64,000 nt of DNA, from positions 372,001 to 436,000 of the forward strand of contig QPMI01000036.1 of NCBI GenBank assembly GCA_004431415.1, written 5' to 3'. Origin of the DNA: Cyanophora paradoxa CCMP329. Taxonomy: Eukaryota > Plantae > Glaucophyta. A model generated the notes under the pieces. It was not told where the DNA came from, did not search any database, and saw only the letters and a list, made by a program, of their open reading frames with translations. The translations under genes were made by a program, and so were the position numbers. This document shows, piece by piece, positions 1-11,337 of this stretch. Each line of letters begins with the position of its first letter. Position 1 is the first letter of the stretch.

Positions 1-3000
1 CACGCCGCGGCGACGGCCTCGGCCGCCCAGTCGCCGGCGGGGGCGGCGAGGGCGGGGGCGGCGAGGAGGGCGGCGGCGCGGGCGGCGGGGCCGCCGCAGC
101 GGCGGGCGAGGGCAAGGGCGGCGGCGAGGGCGTCGCGGGCGTACGCGTCGCTGGCCGCCGCGCGCTCCTCCCACGCGGCCGCGAGCGCCGGCGGCCAGAA
201 GGCCGCCCCGGGGGAACCGAAGCCTCGGCGTCGCCGGGGTCGAGCGGGGAGAGGGCGGCGGGGTCCTCGGGCGGGGCGGCGGCGGGCGGGGCGCGGGCGC
301 CCGCGGCGCACTCGGCGGCGGCGAGCTCGGCGGGGAGCCAGGGGCGGCCCTCGAGGAGGCCCCCAGGGCCGGCGAGGGGCGCCAGCGCCGCCGCGTACCG
401 CGCGGCGCGGGCGTGCGGGGCGGAGCCGGGGCCGCCCTCCGCGCGCGCCGCCTCGAACTCGGCGTGGGAGGGGAGGAGGGCGTCGAGGGCGGGGCCCGGG
501 GCGGGGCTGCAGCAGCCGAGCAGCTCGCCGGCCATCCCGCGCAGGCCTCCGGGGAGAGGGGCGACGCGGCGTCCAGCGCGGCGCCCCGTAGGCGAGCGGC
601 GGAGGGACCCCAGAGGGCCGCGGCGAGGGGCGCGTCGCGGGCCACGCGCGCCGCCGCGGCCGTCCACGCGCTCGCCCAGGGGCCCGCCGCCCCGCCCGCC
701 TCCCGCCCGAAGAAGAGCCGCTCTGCGGCGCGCCCGGTCGGCCGGGCGGCGGGGGCGGCGGGAGGGCGGGGCGGGGCGGGACGCACGGGCGATGTCGGCG
801 CGGGCGGCGGCGAGGGCGGCACCGGGCCCGGCGGCGGCAACGCAGGCGGGGCGAGCTCGAGGGCGGCGGCGCGGGGCCCTTCGGCCCCGTCGAGGGCAGC
901 GGCGACGGCGGCGAGGGCCCCGCACGCCGCCTCCTCCGATACCAGCGGCACCGCTGCGCCGGGAGGGGTCAGAGGCAGGGCGGGGCGGGGCGGGGCGGGC
1001 GGGGCGGACGGGGGTCGCCGAGGCCGGCGAGGCAGGCGGCGAGGGCGCGGCGGGGGCGGGGCCGGCGGCGGGGTCGAGGGCGGCGGGGAGGAGGCGGGCG
1101 GGGGCGGCCTCGAGGGCCGGGTGGCGCCAGTCGGCCCCGCGGGGAGGCGCTGGGCGGCGGCGAGGGCCCCGAGGAGGGCGGCGAGGGCCTCGGGCCGGGG
1201 CGCGGCGGCGGCGAGGGCGTCGCCCCACGCCGCCGGGTCCCGCCCCGCCAGCGCCAGCAGCAGCTCGCGGGCGAGCGGCGCGGCGGCGGCCGCCTCGGGC
1301 CCCGCGAGGGCGGGGAGCACGGCGGAGCGGAGGAGCTCGCCCGGCTCGCAGGCGCGGGCGGGGCCCACGGCCGCCAGCAGGTCCGCCGCGAGCGGCAGCA
1401 GCGCGGCGCCCCGGCACCGCGCCACCACCCGCCGCGCCAGCGCCGCCGGGGGTACGCCGCCGGGTCGCCATCGCCGGCCGCCGCCGCGGCCGCCGCGTCG
1501 CGCTTCTTGCAGCTCCGCTCCAGCGCCGCCAGGAACCGCGCCAGCCGCTTGCCTGCCGAGGGCGTCGGGCGCGAGGGGCGGGGGTGCGGGGTCGGTCGGG
1601 CTCGCGGGGGCACGCACGGAACTGCTCGGGCGGCGGGATGCGGCCGGTGTCGAGGCCGGCGGAGAGGGCCGGCAGCGCGGCCGCCCGCCGCTCCCGCCGC
1701 TTCGGCGCCGGAGCCGGAGCCGCCCCGTCCGCGCCGCCCGCCTGGGCGACGGGGGCCTCCGCCGCCGTCTCGGCCTCCTCCTCCTCCTCCGCCGCCGCCG
1801 CGGGCTTTGCCTCGGCCTCGGGCTCGGGCTGGGGCTCCGGGCGGGCCCGGGGCGCCGACGCAGCGCTCGAGGTAGGCGGCGAGGGCGGCGAGGGGCGGGG
1901 CGAGGGCGGCGCGGAGGGCGGGGGCGGGGCGGAGCGGGCCCAGGCGGCGGCGAGGGCGTCGGCGAGGCCCTCCGAGAGGGGCCCCTCGGGCAGCGCCGTC
2001 GCGGGGGCCTGCAGCAGGTGCCCGGCGAGAGGCAGGAGCACGCCCCGCAGCGCGCCTCCGAGCAGCTCGGGGTCCGGCCGGGCCGCCTCGCAGGCGCGCG
2101 TGAGGAGGAGGGTGAGGCACTCGAGGAGGGCGGCGAGGAGGGCGGGGCGCTGGGCGGGCCCGAGGTGCTCGCTGGCGGCCCCCGCCCAGAGCGCGTCGAA
2201 GAGCTCGGCGTGGAGGGGCGTGAAGCCCGGCCCCCCCACGACCTCCCCCGGCAGCGCCGCCACGAACGGCAGCAGCGAGGGGTACGTCGCCGCCGCCGAG
2301 CCGTAGCCGGCGGCGCGGAGGAGGGCGAGGAGGCGGGGGAGGACGGCCTTGCGGGGGGCGACGTGGCGCCAGGCGCCGGGGCAGCGGGCGCAGAGGGTGA
2401 GGACCGCCTCCCAGAGGGCCCCGTGGCACGACGCCTCGCGCTCGCCGAACGCGCCGAGCAGCGCCTGCGCCACGGGCGGCAGGTGCTCCCCCAGCCCCTC
2501 CTCCCCGAAGGCCCGCACGTAGGCCGCCAGGCACCCGTAGAGCGCCCGCCGCACCCCGGCCGCCTTGCTCTTCTCGTGCCGCCGCACCGGCCCCGCCCCG
2601 CCGGCGTCCGCCTCGAGCAGGCCCAGCAGCCGCGGGGCGGCCCGGGCGCGGGCGGGGGCGGGGAGCTGGTCGATGAGGGCGGCGAGGGCGGCGAGGGCGG
2701 CGGCGAGGACGCGCTCGTAGCGCTCCTCGGCCTCCTCCGCCGGCGTCGTCTTCATGTCGCTCATCGTCTGCGCGCTCGCCCGCAGCTGCTCCTCCGCGTA
2801 CGCCACCGCCTCCTCCGCGCAGAACGCCAGCGCCTCGTCGCGCTTGGGGCCCGGGAAGGCGGCCTGGAGGGCGGCGGCGGCGGCGGCGGCGACCTCGCGG
2901 GCGGGGTCGTGGTGCAGCATCCACCAGGGGCCGAAGAGGGCCTTCAGGTGCGGCGCCAGCTCCCGCCCCGCCACCTTCGCCAGCTGCCCCCCAGCGCGCT

Positions 3001-3547
3001 CGGACGCGCGCCGGGGCGGTGCGGGGCCGGGGCCGGGGGCGGGGCGGACCTCGCCGAGGAAGACGCAGGCCTGCTCGCGCACGTGGCGCGAGTTGTCCAT
3101 CGCCACCCGCGCGAACGCCGTCCGCTGCCCCGCCGCTCGAACGCGGGGGAGGAGCGGGCGGGAGGCGCAGGGGCGGGCGGACCCAGTGGGGCAGCATGGA
3201 GACGATGGTCTCGCGGGGCTTGGAGGAGAGCATGCTGCGTAGCTCCGACAGCGCCTTCGTCTTCGTCGTCGCGTCCCGCTTGGAGAGCTTCTTGAGCGCC
3301 AGCTGCACGTCCGCGTCCAGCGACTGCGCGCCCCGCTTAGCGCTCGAATGCACGCGGCAAGCAGGCCGCGCGATCGGCCGCGTCGCCGAGCGGCACGCAC
3401 CGCGTCGTCGACATCGTCGCCCGCTGGCGACGCCGGCTGGGCCTGAGCGAGGGGCCGCAGGAACCCGAAAGCCGGAAGAGCAGCGCCGGATTGGGCGAGC
3501 AGCTCGGCGGCGCGCGCGCTGCTCGCCGCCGTCCCCTTCTTCTTCAT
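1..3547 (-). CDS. LTN1: E3 ubiquitin ligase listerin, 5' portion; multi-exon, continues beyond the left edge
   Basis: ATG at 3547 gives MKKKGTAASSARAAELLAQSGAALPAFGF; a following exon reads SLDADVQLALKKLSKRDATTKTKALSELRSML...LPHW, the conserved LTN1/Rkr1 N-terminal motif; Ala/Leu-rich helical-repeat-like exons follow. Confidence 0.88.
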   Translation of the reverse strand, partial: MKKKGTAASSARAAELLAQSGAALPAFGFLRPLAQAQPASPAGDDVDDAVRAARRRGRSRGLLAACIRALSGARSRWTRTCSWRSRSSPSGTRRRRRRRCRSYAACSPPSPARPSSPCCPTGSARPCASRPLLPRVRAAGQRTAFARVAMDNSRHVREQACVFLGEVRPAPGPGPAPPRRASERAGGQLAKVAGRELAPHLKALFGPWWMLHHDPAREVAAAAAAALQAAFPGPKRDEALAFCAEEAVAYAEEQLRASAQTMSDMKTTPAEEAEERYERVLAAALAALAALIDQLPAPARARAAPRLLGLLEADAGGAGPVRRHEKSKAAGVRRALYGCLAAYVRAFGEEGLGEHLPPVAQALLGAFGEREASCHGALWEAVLTLCARCPGAWRHVAPRKAVLPRLLALLRAAGYGSAAATYPSLLPFVAALPGEVVGGPGFTPLHAELFDALWAGAASEHLGPAQRPALLAALLECLTLLLTRACEAARPDPELLGGALRGVLLPLAGHLLQAPATALPEGPLSEGLADALAAAWARSAPPPPSAPPSPRPSPPSPPTSSAASAPRARPEPQPEPEAEAKPAAAAEEEEEAETAAEAPVAQAGGADGAAPAPAPKRRERRAAALPALSAGLDTGRIPPPEQFRACPREPDRPRTPAPRARRPRQASGWRGSWRRWSGAARSATRRPRRRPAMATRRRTPGGAGAAGGGAVPGRRAAAARGGPAGGRGPRPRLRAGRAPPLRRAPRPRGARGGRRRAARPRAAAGAGGAGPGGVGRRPRRRRAPARGPRRPPRGPRRRPAPPRGADWRHPALEAAPARLLPAALDPAAGPAPAAPSPPASPASATPVRPARPAPPRPASDPSRRSGAAGIGGGGVRGPRRRRRCPRRGRRAPRRRPRARPACVAAAGPGAALAAARADIARASRPAPPSRRPRRPADRARRRAALLRAGGGRGGGPLGERVDGRGGARGPRRAPRRGPLGSLRRSPTGRRAGRRVAPLPGGLRGMAGELLGCCSPAPGPALDALLPSHAEFEAARAEGGPGSAPHARAARYAAALAPLAGPGGLLEGRPWLPAELAAAECAAGARAPPAAAPPEDPAALSPLDPGDAEASVPPGRPSGRRRSRPRGRSARRPATRTPATPSPPPLPSPAAAAAPPPAPPPSSPPPPSPPPPATGRPRPSPRR

Positions 3548-3689
3548 GTTGCTGGCTGACCGGCGCTAATAGCGCTCGCGCTGTGCTATCTGCGTGCAAC
3601 TAGTGTGCCGAGCGCGGTCGGAAGTCGAAGAGCGTGGCCTGCTCGCCGCTAGTTCGCCAAAGTTCGGACGGGGGGGATACAGTGCACGA

Positions 3690-4992
3690 ATGGGCTTCGT
3701 CGCTGGCGTCCCGTGCGTCGCGCCCAGGGCCCAGCTCGCCACGACCGCTTCTCTCTGCAGCAAGCAGTGCGCGGAGAGCGGTCGCGCCGCCCAGCGAAGG
3801 AGCGAGTTCGTGCCAGCGACCCCGATCGGCCGCCGGATCAGCGCGGCGGTTCGCTTCGAACAGTCGGCGTCGCGTGGTGTTGTTTTCGACGCGCGGGGCA
3901 TCACGATGGCGGCGCGCGCCTCTAGCTCGACCGACGGCAAGAAGAAGGTGCGCACGCGCGTCAGCGAACTTCTCGCGCCGCCGCCGCCGACTCCGACGCG
4001 CAGATCCTGTTCGGTACTCGCTCCTATGCGCTCTGCAGCGGTTTCCCACGCTGAGCGGATTGCAGTCTGCCTGGGCAACATCTGCCGCTCGCCGGCTGCG
4101 GAGGCGGTCTTCACGCACATGGTCAAGGAGCGCGGCCTCGAAGAAAAGTACGAGATTGATTCGTGCGGCACGGGCTCCTGGCACATCGGCAAGCCGCCCG
4201 ACACCCGCATGCTCGCCGGTGCGCCGCCGCGCGCTCTGGCTTTCATGTGCACGTCTAGAACTGCAGCCTCAGCGGAGAGCGCGCAGAGCTGAAGAAGGCG
4301 GGGATCCCGGCGGAGCACCTGCGGGCGCGGCAGTTCAGCGGGCGGGACTTCGAGCGCTTCGACCTGATCCTGGTGGCGGACGACAGCAACCGGCGCGCCG
4401 TCCTCAACCAGGACCGCGACGGCCGCCACGCCGCCAAGGCGCGCCCGGCCCCGCTTCGTCTTTGCCCCGCACCGCCCCACCCCACCCCGGCCCCGCCTCT
4501 CCGCCGCGTCCCGCCCCGACCCCCGCCCTCGCCGGGCGCCGACTCTTTCCCTCTCCGCCACCCCCGCCGCCCCCTCTCCGCCCCCGCCCCCGCCTTCCCG
4601 CCCCGCCCCGCCCCGCCCCGCCCCGCCCCGCCCCGCCCCGCCCGCCCCGCCCCGCCCCGCCCCGCCCCGCCCCGCCCTGCCCTGCCTCTCCGCCGCCCTG
4701 CCCCGCCTCACCACTGCCTCTCCACCCCGCCCCTGCGAGCATCTCCGCCGCTGACGGGCGCTGCAGGTGAAGATGATGTGCGACTACGTGCGGCGGCACA
4801 AGGACAAGGAGGTCCCCGACCCCTACGTGCGGCCCCCGGCCCCGCCCCCGCCCCCGCCCCCGCCCCCCCCCGCCCCCGCCCTGTCTCTCGGTGACCCCCC
4901 TCGCCGGGCAGTACGAGGGGGGCTTCGACTACGTGCTGGACCTGATGCGGGACATGTCCGAGGGGCTCCTCTCCGACCTCGAGCGCTCCTAG
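3690..4992 (+). CDS. Low-molecular-weight phosphotyrosine protein phosphatase with probable plastid transit peptide; multi-exon
   Basis: P-loop VCLGNICRSPAAEAVF, IDSCGTGSWHIGKPPDTRM, ARQF..DFERFDLIL, EVPDPY|YEGGFDYVLDLMRDMSEGLLSDLERS*; N-terminal extension MGFVAGVPCVAPRAQLATT. Confidence 0.92.
4601..4676. repeat. (CCCCG)n microsatellite inside a long intron of the phosphatase gene
   Basis: About 15 tandem CCCCG units; G-quadruplex-prone on the minus strand. Confidence 0.85.
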
Positions 4993-5392
4993 CCGCCCCC
5001 AGGCCCCCGCCCTCCCGAGGCCTCGGATTCGGCACTGAACCTCACCATGGCCAGCTACAGCTGCAGGGGGCACAGGGCCAGGGCCGGCGCCAGGCCGGGC
5101 GGGGCTGTACGTGTACATGTACATGTACGTATGATCATGATTCCAGGCAGGCCTATAGTTATAGCTGGCTCTAGGCCTGGGGGCTGGGGACCTGATATTA
5201 ATGGGGTCGCGCGAGCCTTGCCGCGCGCGCGGTCAGTGCCAGCGCCGGCGGCGCGCGCGGTGAAGTGCCGGCCCGACGGGTACAGCGCAGAACTATTTCT
5301 CGCATTCATTGAGCCGCATCTGGAAGCAGGCTGCCCCGTGCAGCGCCCAGCAACCAGCAGACGGTGAGGGCCGCGACGCCGCTTTCGAAGCG

Positions 5393-8300
5393 ATGCTCTC
5401 CGAATCGTGGCATCGCGACCGCGGCCGCGGACACCTGCCGAAGGAACCGATGACGCGAAGCCCTGATGCGAAGGCCGGCTCTTCGAAACGCGTGTTGTTC
5501 GAAGCTTCCAGGTTCGCCATCTGCATTTGGAGCGCGCAGATGCATGGGCACGCCCCTCCCCCCGGCCGCGGCCGATTCACCACCTCGCCGCGGCCGCGGC
5601 CGAGCCCCACCTCGCGCGCCTGATCCGCGACTGCGCAGCCGTCGGTCTCTCGATCGTCGGACGGACGACTTGTGGGACAGCGATGACCCGCCAGATTCCG
5701 AGCGGGCGCCCCCCAGCTCCTTCAGCAGGCGCCGGCCTAGCCAGCGCCGGGGCGCCGGCGCCGGGGCGCCGGCGACGGCTTGGGCCCCGCCGGAACCCGA
5801 GGAGCTGCTGGCGATGGACCGGCGCGCCCGCCTCCTCCGGGAGCGCCTCGGCGGCCTCCGTGGGACCGTCCCGCAGCCGGCGCAATTGCAAGCCAGCCCC
5901 GCTAGCGCTCCGCACTCGCCGCTTTCGTGCGCCCGCCCGCCCACCCTCCCGCCCGGCCCGCCCCGACACGTCGGGCTGGCGGGCAGGCGCGTTTCTTTCG
6001 GCGCAGCGCTGGACTTCGAGCCGCCGCTGGAGGCCGCGCCCCGCGCCCCGCGCTCCTCTCTCGAGGTCCGCGCGTATCCTGCCACCCCGCCCTCCGACCC
6101 GTGCGCCGCCCTCCCCTCCGCGGCCGCCGCCTTGCCCCCGCCGGCCGCCGATGCTCCCGCAGGCTGCTGGACGCGGTCTTGCCGCGCTCCTCGGCTCGGC
6201 CCCGCACCGCCCCGGCCCTGTCGCCGGACGGGTGCGCGATGGAGCGGGCGGGGCCGCTGGCGGAGGGGCTGCGGGCCGTCGGGGGCGGCTTCGACGCCCC
6301 CTCGGAGCTCTACGGCGAGCTCGAGCGCGCCTGGCTCCGCCGCCACCGCGGCTACCACGACTGCGCGCCCGCCCCGCCCGCCCCTCTCCGCCCTCCCGAC
6401 GCGTCTTCTGCTTTCTCACGCGGGGGGACGGGCAGGGCTGCGGCTGGTGCGGACGCCCGGGGCGGAGGCGGCGGTGGCGGACGTCCGCGCCATCCTCCGC
6501 TTCTTCGTCGCCCACTGGCGCAAGATCGCCGAGGGCCCGCCCGCCCTCCCGCCCTCCCTTCCACCCTTCCTCGCGCTGAGGCGGCGCAGGGCTGCGGCAC
6601 GGGCCGGCGCCGCGGGGGCGGGGCGGGCGGGGAGGGGACGGGTGCGCGCGGCGGCGGCGGGTGGAGGAGCTGGAGGACCGCGCCGCCAAGGCCGCCGCCT
6701 GCCTGGAGGCCGCCCGAGCCCTCCCGGAGTCCGACCGCCTCGGGCGCCCTCTCCCGTTCGCCGACGCCGCGCCCCCGGAGGCCCGCCCCCCGCTCCAATC
6801 CCACGCCCCCGCCCTCACGCGCGGCGCGCAGCTCGTGGCGGCAGTCGACGAGCTCCTCCGGCGCCGCCGGCCCGCGCGCCCTGCACCGGACGGTGCGGGC
6901 TCGCGCGCGCCTCGCGCCTGTGCCGCCCTCACGCGGGGCGGCGCCGGGCGGACCGCAGAGTGGCGGCGGCTGCTGCCGGCGTGGGAGCGCTTCGAGGCGG
7001 CGCGGGGCGACGCGCGGCTCGCGCTCACGGCGGGAGAGGTGACGGCGGCGCTGGGGGCGGCGTGCGCGCTCTGGCGGGCGGCGGGGCACGACGAGGAGGG
7101 GACGCCGGAGGCGGCGGCCGCCCGGCGGGGCACGCGCGTCCACGAGGCGGCCTTCCTCTACGCCCGCCGCCGCGCCCGCATCGCCGACGCCTCCGACGCC
7201 GTGCCGCCCCGCCCCGCCCCTTTCCCCTCGGGGCCCTGAGCCGGGCAGCAGGCGCACGCGGCGTGGGCGCGGGCGCGGCTCCTCGACCCCGCGGAGCCCC
7301 TTCCCGAGGCCGAGTTCCAGCGCGTCCTCCCCGTGGCGCGCCCGGCCCCCGCCCCTCCGCGGGCCCCGGCCCCGCCCCGGGCGCTCACGCGGAGGCCCCG
7401 CATCGCAGCTGGCAGCGGCGGACCGGCGGCGGCTGCAGCTGGCGCGGCCCGAGGCGGAGGAGAGCCTCGACGGGGACGCCCCGGGGGCCCCGGCCGGCGG
7501 CGAGGCGCCCGAGGAGGCCGGCCACGAGGCGGCGGAGGCGGCCTTCGAGGACGGCGTCGTCAACGTCGCCTTCGACCGCGCCGAGGCCATCCGCCCCGAC
7601 GAGTACGCCAGCGCCCTCGAGCTCTGCGCCGCCCACTGGCGCGCCGCCGCCGCCGCCGCCGCGTCCGCTGCCGCGGGGCCGGCCGCCGAGGCCCGCCTCG
7701 CCACCGCCCGGCGCGCCCTCGAGGCGGTGCGCCCCCGGCCCGCCCCGCCCCGCCCGCCGTGTTCCACCAAACCCTGGCTCTGCGGCAGGCGGAGGCGGCG
7801 CTGCCGGGCGTCGAAGCGATCGCGGGGCGGCCGGGGCGGGGTGGCGCCGTCGACGAGAAGGCGCGGCTCGGCGCCCTGCGCCCCGCCGACGACGTGGTGG
7901 CGGAGGCGGCGGCGGACCTGGCGGCCGCCCCCGAGCCGGCGCTGCTGCCGCCGGAGGGCGCGGCCGGCGGCCAGCTCGGGCCGGCGGCGCAGCGGGCGCG
8001 GCGGGCGCTGGCGCGCTTCGTGGCACTGTGGCGGGCCCCGTGGACGCGGCTGCGGCCCGAGGTGCTCGAGGCCGCCCTCCGCTTCGCCCCCGCCTACTGG
8101 CGCCGCCGCCTCCGCGGTCCGCCCCGCCCGCCCCGGCCCGCAGCTGCGCCGCCCGACCGCAGGACGCAGTGCTGCAGCGGGCGCCGGAGGGGGCCGCCCG
8201 GAGGCGGCGGCGGCGCGGGCGGCGGCGGTGGAGGAGGCGCGGGGGCTCGCGGAGGCGGCGGGGCGGCTGGCGGCGGGGCGGGGCGCCCCGCGGAGCGCCA

Positions 8301-9012
8301 GGAGGCCGCCCTCCGCCTCCTCGAAGCCAACCTCGAGCGGGCGCGCCGCGCCCCCGGCCCGCCCCGGGCTCTGAGATCGTCGCTGACTCAGCGGGGCGGC
8401 AGGAGTTCGGGGCGGTGGTGGCGCGCAACGTGCACAGGGAGGAGCGGGAGCTGCCCGAGGCGCAGCGGCCCGCCCGCGACCCCTCCGCGACCAGGTGCGG
8501 GCCCGCCCGAGGCGCCGCGCCCGCGCGCTCGGGCCCACGGGCGAGGCAGCGGGGCGGGGAGCTCTGGACGCGCTTCGAGGAGGCGGAGGGGGCCCTCGTC
8601 TGGGCCCGCTCCGTCCTCGCGGACCCCGCCCGCGCCCTCCGGCCCGCGCCCTCGCCCCCCGCTCGCCTTTCTCGCCGCCCACTGCCGCCGCTGCGCCCAA
8701 GGTCCCCCCCTCCCCCCGTCTCTTGCTTCGAGGCTCGGCACGCCTGACGCGCGCGCGGCCGCAGAAGCGCTGCACAACCCGGGGCCGCTGGGGGCCGCCC
8801 GCCCCGCGGAGCTGCGGGAGTTCTACGAGGAGCGGGCCGAGCGGGCGGCGTCCCTCGCGCGGGGGCTCGAGCGGCGGGCGGCGGAGGAGGCGCGGGTCGG
8901 GGGCCCGCCGCCCCTCTCGGGGCCGCCGGAGGAGGACGCGGAGCTGGCGGAGGCGGAGGCCCTCGCCGCCGCCCAGATCGCCCTGTTTCCCAGGCCCCGC
9001 CTCGCCTTCTAG
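5393..9012 (+). CDS. Multi-exon hypothetical helical protein (start uncertain)
   Basis: Protein-like exons (ELYGELERAWLRRHRGYHD; VADVRAILRFFVAHWRKIAE; ARFVALWRAPWTRLRPEVLEAALRFAPAYWRRRL; ...AQIALFPRPRLAF*) separated by typical C/G-rich introns; no family recognised. Confidence 0.55.
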
Positions 9013-9972
9013 GCCCGCCCCGCATGCGCCCTAGTTTTTCCCCGGCTTCCGAGTTCAGTCTTCAGGCTCGAAATCATGATGAATTTAAGCCAATATTTCC
9101 GAATTCAATGATTCTAAGTTCATTTGGTTTAATTTGATATCAAACGCGACCACGTGCACGGTATTTTGACTGAATTTTTGGTGATCATGATCATGAATCA
9201 TTGAATTACCGGCCACATGTACAGTCTCTAGAAACCAGCACTGAAGCTCGCGCTCTATTTCAAAGTTTCGAATTCGTTCATATATTTATTTATCTCTGTA
9301 CTACTACGGTATGTAAACTCGGACGAGAACGGCGAGCACTTGGACGTCTAGCCAGGCCAAGCCTACTTGTTTGGGTACAGCAGACGGGAAGCCGCCGGAC
9401 TAGCCGACTAGAAAGCCGCCGAGATTTGGGTACGGCACTCTTCCCGCATCAATAGAGCAAGTCGGCGACTTTTCAAAATTTTCGACCAATCGCTGCACAT
9501 CGTCCGCGCGATCGCGCCAAGATTTCTGTGGGAGCGCTAGCGCTAGCTACAGTGCCGGGGGCGACTTAAGCATGTAGGTTTGTCCCCTTACGTAAATGTC
9601 GCAGTGTTTTTTTCGAATCATGATCAAGATTGACGAACATGCCAAACATGCCAAACATGGTTTCAAGTTTACGAAGCACAAATTGAGAAGTGGAAAACGA
9701 AGGTTTTGCAGGCAAGAATATAACTTAGTAAACGTTTATCAGCAAGCCTGAAGGTCTACATACTATATATGAACGGAACAGGGACATTGCAGTTGCACCG
9801 CCCCTGTTGGAGGGGAAGGACCTCTAAAGGTTGAGCAGGAAAAGTCACCCCTGGTCATGATCAGGTTAGCTTTGAGCCGAGATAGTACGTGTGGACTCTG
9901 AATGCAGCTTGGTGCTTTTTTCAGAAGTGCGGGAGGACGAGATCTAGCTCAGCGGCTCTAGATCTTGAGAAG

Positions 9973-10220
9973 CGCCGCCGCCCGCCGCGCCTCCGCCCCG
10001 CCCGGCGAGCCGCGCCGCCCCCGAACGCGCCTCCGCCCTGCTCGTCCAGACGCGCCGCCGCCCGCCGTGCCTCCCGCCCCGCCCTGCGAGCCGCACCGCC
10101 GCCCGCCGCGCCTCCGCCCCGCCCGGCGAGCCGCGCCGCCGCCCGCCGCGCCTCCGCCCGCCCGGCGAGCCACGCCGCCGCCCGCCGCGCTTCCGCCCCG
10201 CCCGGCGAGCCGCCGCCGCC
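9973..10220. repeat. GC-rich minisatellite, ~40-bp unit x ~6
   Basis: Unit approx. GCCGCCGCCCGCCGCGCCTCCGCCCCGCCCGGCGAGCCGC repeated imperfectly. Confidence 0.8.
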
Positions 10221-11337
10221 CGGGAGGAGCCCGGCGGCCGCGTTGGCCGGCGATGGCGCTCAGCGCGGACGAGGATCGCAGCAAGGCGGACGGGTGCCAC
10301 GGTGCGGCCGCAGTCTTGGAGGTGATGTGATGCTTGCTAGCGGCTCGACCCGGTCGATTGCAATTGCATGCGCGCGGGTGCAAGACTGAGGGTGGCAATC
10401 ATGAGTCAGCATGCGCACCGATGGAACAGATGCGATGTTGATGCCCAGCTGCGACGCTCGCTGCTGCGTCTCGCGGGAAGTGAGAGGGCGGCGAGCCGGG
10501 GCGGTCGAAGCCTGCAGCTGGAGGTAGATGAGTTCGAACCTGGTGCGGCCGGAATCGGTGAGTTCGAACCTGGTGCAGTGCCGCGCGTGGCGAGCCACGC
10601 CGGTGGGTGCTTCGCCGAAGCGCTAGCCGGTGCCGGCCGCGACCGGATCAGAACCATCGGCGCCGGTGCAACCGAGGCCGGCGGCCGCGGCCGGGGCAGC
10701 TCTGTTGCACCGCGCTAGCCGCTAAGCGATGTCGCCGGTGGAAGCTTGATGCACTGCGGCAGCTGAGAACGAAGCTGATGTTTCTTGTACCCGGCAAAAA
10801 CTCAAACTCGCAGGAGCTTGACGCCAGCTCGAGTCTCGGACTGGGAAGTACAAAGGTACTTGAGGCGGCCTAGAGGGCCACCCTGTGCCCCTCCGGTCCG
10901 GTCTCGGCATGTATGACATGAATCGTCAGGCTCATCAAGCGCATTCAGGTGCATTTGGTCCGGCAGATATAACGCCACTTGGTGAGGCGCTAGATCGCAT
11001 TTTTGGAAAACGTGTTATTGCCCGTTCCAGGTCGACCCGACGGGACCCGGATCTCCCGGAACATGTCTCCAGACTTCTAGGGACATGCCTTGCTAGGATC
11101 CGGCGAGAAAACCCGGGTTTTGGGAGGTCGGGACATTTCATTTTGGCCTAGGGTGGGCACCCGAACACCCCCAAGTGGGGGAAGGGGAAGGGGGTCCTTC
11201 CCCAATGATACGTATATCTTACTGAAAATAAATAAAAGGTGCGTGGTGCGCGGCAAGCCCTTGAAGCTAAAGGACGTCGACCGTCCAACTCGACGAGCCT
11301 CGAAGGACCGGCGGCGACGAGGGCCACAGGCACTGAC

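Noticed and set aside
413-3295. 960-aa plus-strand ORF (and similar long Arg/Gly/Pro/Ala ORFs such as 5466-8747, 22255-24537, 53806-55902)
   Set aside because: Stop-poor shadow frames caused by extreme GC; the real genes are spliced and often in another frame or strand.
10529-10577. GTTCGAACC as a tRNA T-loop or B-box (also near 31172)
   Set aside because: No acceptor stem, D-arm or anticodon arm could be built around it.
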